Below are positions 12,150 to 26,540 of a stretch of 64,000 nucleotides of DNA, piece after piece. The position numbers and the translations under genes were made by a program. The notes beneath the pieces are model-generated. The model did not search any database. It worked only from the letters and a program-made list of their open reading frames with translations, and was not told the origin of the DNA. How positions within the stretch are numbered: the first letter of the stretch is position 1; each line of letters begins with the position of its first letter. Source of the DNA: the human T2T-CHM13v2.0 reference genome, Homo sapiens; the NCBI RefSeq assembly GCF_009914755.1, contig NC_060926.1; one strand, given 5' to 3'.

Positions 12150-13320
12150 ATGTATTAACAAAAGATGTTTACAACAGAATACCTGGTTGTGCCGAATAAT
12201 GGCTTTGCTCTTTGAATTAATTTTTTCCTGGTGACAAAGGCTGAGCTTTTGAACTTCTGGGTAAGGCTAGGCTGGGCATTTTTGCTTGGCTTGGTTCTCT
12301 TAAATGGTTCGAAAAGGGTTGGTCTGGCACCTGGTATTTTGTGGCCAGTAATTACACTACAGTTGTTACTATGCATTACCGAAACTTCATTTTTTGACCA
12401 AAAGCCAACTGTATTATTTAAACAAACATCTTTTGAAAGCCGAATGTGCTTTGAAATGATTTTAAAATCCAGTTAATGAATAGGGTTACTATTGAATTTC
12501 ACAAATACAAATCAGAATTTTTTTTGATGCTTCATATTTTTTTCCCCTGCCCTCCCATCCCACCCTTGGTGATGGTTGTACCCATTTGAGCATTTCTGAG
12601 CACATGATAAGTCAGAATTTTTTTAAACGATGTTTTGCTTTAGCATGGTGTCTCTCTAGTACAAGCCGTATGTGACCTTTCCACTTAAGCCATCTTAATG
12701 TTTCCTTTCCTTTCATCAGTGTGGATGTACAATGACATGCCCCTTCTATTTCCACCCCCAGGGAACAGATTTACTCTAGGGTGTGTGTTGATAACTGAGG
12801 CAGGGTGACTGATAAAGACTTAAATAGCCAGAGAAAGGAAAAATCTTTTCTACATCTAGAAGACTAGTAATCTACGGCCAGGCTTTCACAGCTGTGGGGC
12901 TTCTGAGCCCAGATCCTAATTCTTTTTTTTTAAATTGGATTAACTAGCTCATTATCACCCAATTCTTAACTGAAAGCTTGATCACCGAGACAGCAGGATC
13001 AAGCCATGGGGATTGAGGTGGGTGGGTTGGGATGGTACATTGAAAGACCAATCAGGCAGGAGAGGCCCTCACCTGCGAGTTCCCAAATATATTGTAAGAA
13101 CTCCTATCAATGCTTTGTCCCCTCACTGTTAGTTTCAGAACAATGACACACAGATACTCACCTCACAAGGACCTGATAAAGTTAAATGTGGTACACATGT
13201 GATCGAGAAATTTTTTTTTCTTAGTATTCCCCTACCCCTTCCTCCCTGCCTCCGTGCGCTGGACAGCAGGCCCTTGTCCTGTTGCCTCAAGGTAGAGAAA
13301 TAATGTGACAAGATAAACAG
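12150..13320. promoter_or_regulatory. Candidate enhancer (repeat-free, GATA-rich)
   Basis: Six WGATAA sites at 12605, 12789, 12810, 12952(-), 13174, 13311; FOX-like TGTTTAC near 12165 and TCF-like CTTTGAA near 12210. Confidence 0.45.
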
Positions 13321-13371
13321 CAAAACAACAACACAACTTCTGTAAGTTGTGTTTTGTGTTATAAAAAAATC

Positions 13372-13914
13372 TCAGAGGACTAGAGAGGATTTGGAATAAA
13401 GCCAAAGTATTTGGAAGAAAATGGTTTGAGGAGAGAGGAGCTTCCCTGGAAGACTAGAAACACATCCCTCCACTGGTGGGAAGAAGGATGGATGAAAAGT
13501 GAGAGGGCAAAGGCCTGGGTACGGTAGGTCCTTTCCTACTTCTCTACCTCTGTGTCTCAGGGAGGCAGCAAGCTGGGGAGAAGAATGACTGTATGTTATA
13601 AGCCTACAGAACTTCCCAGACCCTGGAGTGGCCCCAAAATAGCAGGGAGATGCTGGGCACAAATGGGCCATGCACACAGGAAGGAGGCACAGGTGCATCA
13701 GTATCGGTAAAGGAAGGCCAGAAGGAACTGTGGACATCTGGGTTGGTGCCTCCTCAAACAGCTGACATGAGGAACAAATGGATTTCCCAATACCTTGGCC
13801 CAACCTGACCACCTTCCCCTCCACCAAACCTTCATCCCACCCCAAATGTAAACATATCTTTAAAGGTAGAGAAATACCAAAGTGATCAAATTCATTGCTG
13901 ACACCTTCCAACAT
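13372..13914 (-). other. 180-aa ORF, longest in the window; probably a lncRNA-embedded or de novo ORF
   Basis: ORF track; ATG start, weak Kozak, not repeat-derived, no domain recognised. Confidence 0.15.
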
Positions 13915-14079
13915 ATAAATTAGGTATATTCATAAAAGAATAAAGATGTATTTCTTGCATACTTGAGTTTGTACACTGAGGGCTGGGCATCCAGTTTGAG
14001 CTTCTGGGGAAGACAATGTGGCACAGCAGAGAGACCACTAACCTCAGAGTGAAAGAAGCAAAGCTCTGTCACTTAGCAA

Positions 14080-15002
14080 TGTAAACTAAAAATAAATCCC
14101 AAGGCCCCCACTGACTAAATGGACCCCCTTGTGGCCAAGAGGACCCCAGAAAAAAATTTAAAGACTTAGTTCCCAGCTATGATGAGAGGTCAGACATGCC
14201 TAATTATACTCCCCTTCTCTTTTATGGTTTAGACACAACAACTGAGCAGCATTAATGTTCCAATAGAGATCACATGACTCACAGAACAGATTCTTTGTGG
14301 CAATAAGATACCGAATTATAAACAGGACCTAAGGCCATGCCAGGTGAGGGGAAGTCATGTACTCCTACACCTAAGGAAGAAACTATGCTCTAACTGCCAC
14401 AAGGATTTTCTTTTTCTCCAGCAGCTAAACAAGCACTGGCCTCAAGATAAGCAATATTTAAACAATTGCAAATCATCCTGCTCATAGACTCTGCCCAACT
14501 GAACCCCTGTTCCACCAGCCATAACTACAGCTTTCATTGGATGAGAGACTAATTTTAGTAACTTTTTCCTGATAAGACCACCAACCATGGACTGGTTCTG
14601 ACTAGTTTACAGAGATTGTGTACTTGTGAGCTTTTGTGTCCTGAAATGACCTTTTGATGTGTAGGGCCTAACTGTAATACATTGAAATGTTAAGTCTCCA
14701 TCCCAAAGTGAACATGGGTCATGTGTTACATGTATGTTTGTTCAATACGCATGTGTCAGGACCACCCTCATGAATATTCATAGCTCCTCCTGTAACCTGT
14801 TGAATATGTATATTTAGTCAACCTGTTCAGCATAAAGCTCCATCCCAACCCCTCTGCCTTCAAAATGCTTGTCTCTGGGCTTCTGCTGAAGGCTGAGCTT
14901 CCCAGCCTGTGAGATAGCCACTTTGAAGGCTATAACCCTTTATAAGAAATAAAGTCTCCTCTTTCTTTGTCTAAATTTATAAATTGTGTTTTTAAGTTAA
15001 CA
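14080..15002 (+). mobile_element. MER4D-type ERV1 solo LTR, full length, inserted into a MIR
   Basis: TG...CA ends ('tgtaaactaaaaataaatcccaaggccccc'...'ttaagttaaca'); internal AATAAA at ~14948; MIR sequence continues at 14017-14079 and 15003-15110. Confidence 0.85.
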
Positions 15003-15229
15003 GTACTATGTAACTTTGGACAAGCCATGTAACTGCTCTGGGTCTCAGGGTTTCCGTCCATAAAGTGGGTGATAAAACTTCTGACCACTCCTAGTCCTGT
15101 TGTGAGGAATGGGATGCTGCATGTGGATGTCACAAAATACAGCAGGACTCAACAAGGCAGTCTACATAGTATCAAATGCTAAGCATGATCAGAAGAAAAA
15201 TATAGATAATAATTCCAACATGTAGAAAC

Positions 15230-15610
15230 TTGTAGCAAAGACTGGCTAGATACTTGTCGATTTCATTTTCTTTTCCTGGCATACAAGAAGACCTTTCCCA
15301 GGCTTCCCTTGCAGTTAGGATGGGGCCATATGATTGGGTTCTGGCTAACGGGATTTGGCAGAGGTGACAGCAGTGCTTGCAGACCTAACACAGATCCTGC
15401 AGTGTGGTCTTATACATACTCTCTTCTCCCTCTCTGGCAACTGTTGAGGCCAAATGCTGAAGATGATGGCATTTTAAGATGAAAGGAGCCTGAACCTCCA
15501 AGTCACCACTTAGAGATGTTGTGCTGAGGAGAGTCCCTGCACTGGCTTCTGATGCATAATATAAACTTCTATTTGAGGGTTTAATGCAGCCTATGTAGCC
15601 TATCCTAACA
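15230..15610 (+). mobile_element. MLT1J/I-like MaLR LTR
   Basis: 'tttcccaggcttcccttgcagttaggatggggccatatgattgggttctggctaa', 'aagatgaaaggagcctgaacctccaagtcaccactt'. Confidence 0.75.
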
Positions 15611-16622
15611 CTGTGCTATAATAAGAAAAATAGAATATGTTATTATGACAGAATATATACATTCATGTATGTATCCATATAAATACATATGAGATGTCTT
15701 GAGGCATAAAGAAGTGGCTCAGTCAATACCTTTCCTTCCATATTATGAAGAATGTAAAAGTTCAATTTGTGCTATTCTTGGGGAAAGATGTCACAGGCAC
15801 AGATTGTGATGACATTCAAGTCTGTGTCTGGCTTGCTCAGTGGAAGCACAGTTACCTAGAAAGCTGGGGAAATCTTCCGCTTGGAGCTGACAGACACCCA
15901 GGCCCTCTGCTCTACTTCATCACAGCTGCTGAGGTTTTACTTTGCATGATCTGCTGCACCAGTTTCAGCTGGGAGACAGGCCTCTTCTTCCTTATGTTAA
16001 ACTCTCCATGGACATTCAGTATTCTAACAGGAAGAACCCAGGAGATGCTCTTGGATCCAGGCAATAAGAGAAACCTGTTCTGTAGGGAACACATCTGTTA
16101 AAAAAAAATCTCAAAGCAGTAGGTTTTGCATATTTGATTATTCCTATGTCTATTCCCTAAACAGTTCAAATATGCACACATTTTCTGCCTAATTTCTTCT
16201 AAAGCCATCAGAACAGTTGATGCCATTGACCGTACTCAGAGACTGAAACCTCAGTGCAGCCCTGGAGGCTGCCCAAGTGCAGATAGCAGGACAGTGGTGT
16301 TTTCCTCAAAAACTACACTCTCTTTGTCCAAGGCTGGCAAAACAGTCTAGTTATGTTTGAGCTCTTGGGCTTCAAATTACCTGTGCTGCATGCTTTGTCA
16401 CCACCCCTCTCTGGATAAGGCTTTATTCTAATTCCTTTAAACCAGTAGGAAGGATCCCTAGGGAGGGTTGTGTACCTCGTTCCTCAATTTAACAAAGACT
16501 ACCCTCCTTTGGACCAGTGGCTGGCTGCAATCCATGGCAGAGAATCCTGCCCAGTGGGCTTGCAAACTCTGGCCATTGATTATACAGGGCAAATGAGGAG
16601 TCATGAATACAATGGGAGATCT

Positions 16623-16740
16623 GGACTGGTGAGGTGACTCACGCCTAGAATTCCAACACTTTGGGAGGCTGAGGTAGGAGGACTGCTTGAGCCCAGGAGT
16701 TCTAGACCAGCCTGGGCAACACAGGGGGACCCTTCTATGT
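16623..16740 (+). mobile_element. FLAM/Alu left monomer
   Basis: Single Alu arm with 'gactgcttgagcccaggagttc'. Confidence 0.85.
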
Positions 16741-16818
16741 CCCAGGGAGGAGACTTGGAAATATTTGGCCACCAGCTTTAATGACCACTATACCTACTTT
16801 TCCTTTCCTGCCTCCATC

Positions 16819-17165
<347 letters not shown>

Positions 17166-17799
17166 TGACATTCAGCTCTAGCACCTGATCCTAGCACATT
17201 TATTGTCAATGGACTTTCATGCCAAGAGTTTCACGCCAAGAGCAGCATTGGTAGTAAGTTGGACACTGGACGCCAAAGACAGAATCAGCCTCTTCATCAG
17301 TGATATCCATTCATTTATTGATTAATTAACAGATTAATTTATTAGACAAATGCTGACTGGAACTCTGTTATACTGGAGATGTGCTATGCGATATGATACG
17401 ACCTTCAGTACAAAATATATAAGCCCAGGAAGGAGTGAGCTGATAATATTAAGCTTTTACTATGCCATTTATAGATCTCATTTCCTCTATTACATTATTC
17501 TCTAGGCAACTTGATATTTTCTCTCCTGCATCTTCTCAATACTCACTAAAGACTGAATTTATTGGCTTAAAGTAAGAAACATGAAGCTATCAAAACTAAC
17601 GAGCTCACACCTGCTTAGCCAAGGAGGATTTTTCACCCATGCCTCTTGGTTTAGGTGCAGGGTTTGGGGAAGGGGAAAAGACTTAAAACTGGGAAGTTGT
17701 GATGTCCTCACATAGATGGCTAGTCCCTGCAGCTTGTCTTTATGCCGTAAGTGTGACATTAGCCATTCCCAATGAAAGTGGCTGCTTCAGAAGGTGCAG

Positions 17800-17935
17800 G
17801 TTGCAGTGGTCTCCATTTATGTGGGGAGCTTTACAAAACCCATGACCAGGCTACATCCAAACCAATTGAATCAGAATCCTGGGTTGGGGTGAGACTCAGG
17901 CATCAGTGTGTTTTAAATGTTTGGCAGGTGAAGCC
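17800..17935. mobile_element. MER5-family fragment
   Basis: 'accaattgaatcagaatcctgggttggggtgagactcagggcatcagtgtgttttaaa'. Confidence 0.6.
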
Positions 17936-17947
17936 ATTAGCCTAGGA

Positions 17948-18405
17948 CAATGGTTCTCAAACTTTAACATGTATCAGAATTACTTGAAGGGCTCATTAAA
18001 ACACAGATGGGCCAGGCATGGTAGCTCACATTGGTAATCCCAGCACTTTGGGAGGCTGAGGCAGGAGGATTGCTTGAGGACAGGAGTTGGAGATCAGCCT
18101 GGGCAACATAGCAAGACCCTGTCTCTACAAAAAATAAAAAAAAATCAGCCAAGTGTGGTCGCACATGCCTGTAGTCCCAACTACTTGGGAGGCCAGGGTG
18201 GTAGGATCTCTTGAGGCCAGGAGTTCAAGGCCCTCCTTCAAAAAACAAAACTGAAACCAAACATAAAACCACATGGATGGCTGGTCCCATCCCCAGAGTT
18301 TGTGATTCAGCAGGTCTGGAGTAGGGTCTGAGAATCTGCATTTCTAACAACTTCCTATCGGATGATGATGCTGCTGGCCTGGGCACCACATTTTGAGAAG
18401 CACTG
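17948..18405. mobile_element. MER5A (hAT-Charlie), complete, split by an Alu
   Basis: TIRs caatggttctc / gagaagcactg; 8-bp TSD gcctagga (17940-17947) / gtctagga (18406-18413). Confidence 0.9.
18009..18262 (+). mobile_element. AluJ, right arm partly deleted, inside MER5A
   Basis: Alu left arm, linker and partial right arm. Confidence 0.9.
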
Positions 18406-18777
18406 GTCTAGGAGACCCTTGGCTACCTTAAAAACTGAATGGAGTGGGGATGGAACAGAGTAGGGGAGGCCTATTTCAGCCTTTGATTACCACTGGAGGA
18501 TCTGTTTTGGTTGCACTCTTGGCTCAGATCTACTTGATAGTAATCTGCAAAATGTAGATATAATAAAACTACTTTATACATAGTTGTGAGGGTTAAGTGA
18601 AATGAGGCACGGAAGTGGCCACAATGTTAACCTGCAGGAGTCTTCATCGTCGTACTTCAGGAACTCAGACTGAATCAGGTTTCCCTAGAAACCCAAAGTG
18701 AACAGGAACCTTTGAGGAGGGTCTGAAACCTCCATACCACCAATGAGTTTTTTCTTACTTCCTCTCTCCTCTCTCTC

Positions 18778-19074
18778 TTTTTTTTTTTTTTTAAGACAGA
18801 GTCTCACTCTGTTACCCAGGCTGGAGTACAGTAGCACAATCTCGGCTCACTGCAACCTCCATTACCCAGGCTCAAGCGATTCTCCTGCCTCAGCCTCCTG
18901 AATAGCTGGGATTACAGGTGCACGCCAGCACACCCAGCTAATTTTTGTATCTTTAGTAGAGACGTGGTTTCACTATGTTGGCCAGGCTAGTCTCAAACTC
19001 CAGACCTCAAAGGATCCACCCACCTCAGCCTCCCAAAGTGCTGGGATTGCAGGCACGAGCCACTGCACCTGGCT
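18778..19074 (-). mobile_element. AluS
   Basis: Full antisense Alu. Confidence 0.95.
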
Positions 19075-19191
19075 ATTTTGCAATATTTTAAAAAATACAT
19101 CTGTCAGTAGTGAGCCAGGTTAAAAAATAAAAAATAAAAAATACACAGTTTTGCAATGTTCCTTTCACTTCAGAATATATCTTGAGGATAG

Positions 19192-19546
<355 letters not shown>

Positions 19547-19789
19547 TGCATTATTATTTTTCTTGAGTCTGCATCACCCTGTTGCAACAATATAGCATAA
19601 ACTATTTAACTAGTTTCCTATAGGTGGATGTTTACCTTTTTTTCTTTTGTCATTATAAGCAATTCAAACAGCAAGTCAAACAGATTTGTTACATAAATTC
19701 ATTAAAGTGAAACTGTTGGATCACAGATTATGTCCAATTCTCATTTTGGCCCAAACTGCCAAACTCCCTGGAAATTTCCAAGAGGTAGT

Positions 19790-20020
19790 ATTATATAATA
19801 GCAAGGGTTCTGCTGCCAGACTGCTGGGGTTTGGCTACTGGCTTAGCCACTTACTAGTTGTGTAACCTGGGGTAAATTACTCTAAAATGCTGTACCTCAG
19901 TTTCTTCATCCATAAAATGGGGGAGAATAGCAGCTGTTTCCTCACAGGGTTATTATGAGGTTTAAATGAGAGAATACATGTGAAACAGTATAACACCCGA
20001 CACAAAGCAATTTCTGGGTA
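19790..20020 (+). mobile_element. MIR SINE
   Basis: 'gccacttactagttgtgtaacctggggtaaattac...cctcagtttcttcatccataaaatggg'. Confidence 0.85.
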
Positions 20021-20599
20021 ACTCTGACACAAAACAGAAAATCAAAAGTCAAAACAAGACAAGTAGAATCCCTCAGACAATGGGGAATGACCCAGATTGA
20101 CCCATCTTGGTTTGGGTCCCTGCTTCCATGTAACACTAATGGTTCCAAATGACTCCACACTGGGGCTATGCGTTTAGGCTGCACTGATGAGGCTTGCGTA
20201 GGTACAGGGCATGGTATGCCTAATGGTCTGGCCATTTCACTAGGGCCAACATGACTTCCCCGAGGGTCAGGCCCTTGTCTTTGCTTGCCTGGCATAATAG
20301 CTAATACAGAGTTAAGTGTGGGGTTTCAACACTAGAGCCTCCAAATGAGTGATGTGCCCAGAGTGAGATTTAATGCTGACAATGGGTGTAGGAGGCTTAC
20401 TTGCAGAAACCAATGCTGGAAGAATTGACTTGCCTAAGATCACACAAAAGGAAAAGATGGAGGTGGCATTAGTATAGGAGAAAGCATTCTCTTTCCACTG
20501 TACAACACTGTGTCCAGCTACCTCTCTATAAGTGACTAAAGGAATGGAGTTGGCCATTTAAAGAAATGATGATAATGACAATGATGTTGACTATGACAA

Positions 20600-20915
20600 C
20601 AGCTGCCTAACTAACATCTATTGAACACAATGGGCCAGGCACTGTTAAGTGCCTAAGCATTTTATGTGGATTATTTTACTTAATTCTCCTGACCATATGG
20701 TTGAATGTTTATTACTGGTAGTTACTGGTTGAGTGTCAGGTGCTCTTCTAAGCACTTTACACATTCCGACTCATTTCGTTTTCACAACAATTCCATGAGG
20801 TAGGTACTAATATTACCTCTGTTTTAAATGAGCTGAGGGAAAGAGAGATTAGCTAACTTACAAAAACCTAGTGGGTAGAGGATTCGCACTTTTAATCCAG
20901 ACATTCTGGCTATTC
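20600..20915 (-). mobile_element. MIR SINE(s)
   Basis: 'aacatctattgaacacaatgggccaggcactgttaagtgc', 'ttcacaacaattccatgaggtaggtactaatattacctctgtttt'. Confidence 0.75.
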
Positions 20916-21024
20916 TTGTTCTTTTAGACTAAAGATGCAGGAGGTTGAATTAATAATACTCCTCATTCTATAGTACCCTCTCTTCATCAGTCTCTTCGCG
21001 GCCTCTCTCTTGTTCTATTTATCC

Positions 21025-21088
21025 CTATCTATTGATTATCTATCTATCTATCTATCTACCTATGTACCTATCTATCCATCCATCCATT
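21025..21088. repeat. (TCTA)n/(TCCA)n microsatellite
   Basis: tatctatctatctatctatctacc...tatccatccatccat. Confidence 0.8.
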
Positions 21089-21701
21089 TTATGTTTCTCC
21101 TCTTATTCTCCTCCCCCTCCCCAGAAGTGACCATTCACCGTACTCAATTAAATGTGCATCTTTTTGTTTGCGTAAGTTGTACAACCTGTGTTGCCACACT
21201 ATGCAAGTCTGTGGCTATAGCCTGCTCTAAAATGCTTGAACTATTCTACTACAAAAGTTAACTCATACGCTGCACACTGCCCTCTCTCTGTTGTTGAGCA
21301 TAAGCCAGTAAGTGAGTTTGAGAACATGGAGATCGTATAGTCTTGGTTCAATTTCCAACAAACAGATTTGAGTTAATATAGTTACAACAGATCTTGAAAG
21401 GTCAGCAAGATAAAAGGATAAGCTAGAGACCAACGCAAGTCCAAGGGTTGATTGGGGGTCTGGCTTCCCTAATCTTCATTAGCTCCCCTAATCCCAGATT
21501 GCCCTAAGTAATAACAAACCATGTAAACATGATGAGCTTGCCATAAAGCACAGCTTAAGACAAGTCCCCAGGCTTCTCACTTCCAACCAGATTAGCACCC
21601 CAAGCCTCTGGAGAGGACTGAATCCATCTACACTGGGACTTTAGTAAAGCATTTAACTCACATATCCAAGTAAAGTCCTGATGGTTAAAAAGTGGTGTTC
21701 T

Positions 21702-21985
21702 AGGCTGAGTGCAGTGGCTCATACCTATAATCCCAGCACTTTGGGAGGTCCAGGCTGGAGAATTGCTTGAACCCAGGAGTTTGAGACCAGCCTGGAAAAC
21801 CTAGTGAGACCCTATCTCTACACAAATCAAAAAAAATCTGGGCATAGTGCAGTGTGCCTGTAGTCCCAGCTAATCAGGAGACTGAGCCCAGGATGTTAGC
21901 ACTACAGTGAGCTATGATCACGCCACTGCACTCTAGCCAGGACAACAAAGGGAGACCCTATCTCAAAAAAAAAAAAAAAAAAAAA
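21702..21985 (+). mobile_element. AluJ
   Basis: Sense Alu with internal deletion in the right arm and poly-A tail. Confidence 0.93.
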
Positions 21986-22181
21986 GTTCTAAAACTGGAG
22001 GCACAATTAAATCTGCATGAACCAATATAGTTATCCTAAACTTGGATCAATTTGAGACCAAAGCCACCTCCACCATTCCTGAGTGTTGAGAATTCCACCC
22101 TGTACTCCCTGCCACTCTGACCAGCCCTTAGTCCCTCCTTCTCCCCCTACAACACTCAGCTCTCTTCCCTGCCATCAGGCC

Positions 22182-22636
22182 TGTTGCAGGCTGAATTTTG
22201 TGCCCTCGGTGAAATATGTTGAAGTCCTAGCCCTCAGTACCTCAGAATGTGAGCTTATTGGGGGAAATAGTGTCATTGTAGATGTAACTAATTAAGATGA
22301 GGTCATACTAGAGAAGTAGAGTGGGCCCTTAATCCAACAAGACTAATGTCCACGTGAAGAGGGCCATGTGAAGATGCAGAAATATAGTGAGAACATCATG
22401 TGAAGATGGAGACAGAGATGTGAGTGATGCATCTACAAGACAAGGAATACCAGCAATTGCCAGCCACCATCAGAAGCTGGCAAAGAGGCATGAAACAGAT
22501 TCTCCTTTGGAGACCTCAGAAAAAACCAATCCCGCCAATCCCTTAGTCTTGGACTTCTAGCTTCCAGAACTGTGAGAGTATACATTTCTGTTGTTTGAAG
22601 CTGCCTGGTGGTACATTTTTATGGCAGCCTAGGAAG
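22182..22636 (+). mobile_element. MLT1C MaLR solo LTR
   Basis: 'atatgttgaagtcctagccctcagtacctcagaatgtgag'...'ttggacttctagcttccagaactgtgagag...atggcagcctaggaa'. Confidence 0.85.
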
Positions 22637-23308
22637 GGCTGCAAAAGGCTGGACAGCCATTTCTGAGCCTGGGCTCCATGGGGAGATATTTAGCAAAGGC
22701 TTTGACCAGCATGCTGGTTTCATCATCCCTGGCCCATGAGCCAGTCTTGCCATTCCCAACTCTGAATAGGACACCATCTAATTTCCCTGCTCCTGGACCT
22801 AGGCTGTCAAGGTAATAGCAAAACTAGATGAATTGATTATGTTGCAAAGTCATTGTCTCCAATCATAACTTGCCCCTTTCTGAGCCTGAGCAATCTTTCA
22901 TCACATTGAATAAGTAACATAGAGATTCTCAACTAGTGGGGAGAGAAGGGCTCATGGTTTGAAATAAAAACTTTGCCTCATTGCTTTACTTCATTTAAAA
23001 TTTATTTCGAATTTCTAAAAACATCAGAGGAGGATAGGTAATTTTTCTTTTTTGCAGAGTAGTGTAAAGGTGGATCCATATTCCCCTTTGCTTGAAATTA
23101 GCACAAATGTGCATAGGTGGTGGAGTTGTGGTACAAATGAATAAAGCAGCCTGCCTTTCTAACCACCACTATACAAGACACTCTTATGGTTTACTAGATT
23201 GGAAGCTCCTGAATGACAAAAACCCTTCTATGTTCCCTCTGTGCATCTTCCCAACTCCCTAATGCCATTCATCGCACTTTAAAGACATTCAGTAAAAAGA
23301 GGCACAGA

Positions 23309-23612
23309 CGGCCAGGCGCGGTGGCTCACGTCTGTAATCCTAGCACTTTGGGAGGCCAAGGCGGGCGGATCATGAGGTCAGGAGATCGAGACTATCCTGG
23401 CTAACATGGTGAAACCCCGTCTCTACTAAAAATACAAAAAATTAGCCAGGCATGGTGGCGGGCGCCTGCAGTCCCAGCTACTCGGGAGGCCGAGGCAGGA
23501 GAATGGCGTGAACCCAGGAGGCGGAGCTTGCAGTGAGCCGAGATTGCGCCACTTCACTCCAGCCTGGGCGATACAGCAAGACTCCGTCTCAAAAAAAAAA
23601 AAAAAAAAAAAA
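23309..23612 (+). mobile_element. AluY
   Basis: AluY diagnostics 'ctggctaacatggtg', 'gaatggcgtgaacc', 'gagcttgcagtgag'; CpG-rich. Confidence 0.95.
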
Positions 23613-24518
23613 AGGCAGACTTGGGCAGAGTTTCCTATTCTCTCAGCAGTAGGTGGATAAATTAGTGAATTAGTGACTATTATATGGTGTTTGATGCAAA
23701 TACTGCAGTTTAATTTCCTCACTGCTCCCTTTCCCCTCTTTTTCTCTTTTGTCCCTTTTTTGCCCTCATCTTGTAGAGAAGGAAGGGCACAGGGGCCTCT
23801 TTCTACACTAAGGAAATCTCAGAGGAGTTATCCCAGGTCCATAGAGACTTCCTGAGTAGCATTCAAGCTGCAGTTCTCTTCAGCTGGCAACTGTTCTACA
23901 GTTTGCAACCTCAGGTCATTCCAAAGAACGAACCTCTTGAAATAAACACAGAGGAATGGGGCCTTTTATTATCTCCAGATGGGATTATGCGGCCTTGGAA
24001 GCTGTTGAAATAATTCTTCTGTGCCTGAATCAAACTTTTGTTATCTTCCAAAAGGAAAGAAAGAGAGGAGTGGTAAATTGTGTTAACTGAAAGCCAACTC
24101 GGGTTAAATTCTGCTGATAGGTCCCCTTCCCCCACTAAAACCCAGGTTTTTAAATTTGCTTTTTATTTATTTTTGCATCCCTTTTTCCCTTTTACAATAA
24201 GATATTAAGCTGGGTTGGAATGCACACACATACACACAAACACAAAAGGACAAAATTGTAAAACCGTTGTTTTTGTGTTATCCAAGATTTAGATGTTGTT
24301 TTTTTAAAACGGGGATGAAATCTGAAAGTGGAAATACATGTTTTTTAGGGTATTACTAGAAAAGAAAGTATGATAAAGCGTGTCTGTAATACTTTTATTT
24401 TTACTCTGGTGGTAGTGGCGAGCTGAGAAGTTTCTACATACATGGAGTCCAATAAACATCTATTGAACAAACACCATCAATATGTACAATTTTGGGCTAT
24501 ATAATTTTAAAATTGATG

Positions 24519-24532
24519 GTGCCACCTATTGG
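24519..24532 (-). promoter_or_regulatory. CTCF motif candidate
   Basis: Minus strand CCAATAGGTGGCAC, one mismatch to CCASYAGRKGGCRS. Confidence 0.45.
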
Positions 24533-24684
24533 TGATGACATAAAGTGTAAAATGATCACTTACATAGTAAGTTATTTCATGTTTTCCAATCATGTTACTT
24601 ATTCCCACAGAGATTCTGTGAGGAGCTGGAAGGCAAGCTTGGTTCATGCAGACATGAGGCACTAATGTTTTCAACTGGGTTGCT

Positions 24685-24790
24685 CTCCACTGGATGCCTA
24701 TTAAATGCTCAGCACTTTGGAGTATACCAGAGAAGTAAAGACATGGCCCCTGCCTTCAAGGAGCATTTTATCCAGTTGGTAAGAGACCTA
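24685..24790 (-). mobile_element. L2 fragment
   Basis: 'aagacatggcccctgccttcaaggagcattttatccagttgg'. Confidence 0.65.
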
Positions 24791-24819
24791 CCTACCAATA
24801 TAACAAAATAATAAATAGC

Positions 24820-24955
24820 CTTGGGAGGATGAGGCCGGGAGGATCCATTGAGGCCAGGAGTTGAAGGCTGCAGTGCACTATGATCGCGCCCTATGCATAG
24901 ACACTCCAACCTGGGCAACATAATAAGACCTTGTCTCTATAAAATAAAGAAATAA
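24820..24955 (+). mobile_element. FAM-like (fossil Alu monomer), 5'-truncated
   Basis: 'tgatcgcgccctatgcatagacactcc' resembles the FAM-specific segment; perfect 18-bp TSD aacaaaataataaatagc. Confidence 0.75.
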
Positions 24956-25052
24956 AACAAAATAATAAATAGCTTGACATTAAAATGTATAATGCTCCTT
25001 CTATATATATATGGCTATATTTTATATAGTATATGGTAATCATACTTTCTAA

Positions 25053-26062
<1,010 letters not shown>

Positions 26063-26151
26063 CAGGAAAAAGTCTGTTTTGCTCACGACTTACTCTAGGC
26101 CTAGTATACCACAGTTCCTGGCACTCAGTAGGCAATTGATAGAATAGTTGA

Positions 26152-26540
<389 letters not shown>

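Noticed and set aside
15745-16101. 118-aa plus-strand ORF
   Set aside because: No recognisable homology, and the nearby splice signals favour the opposite strand.
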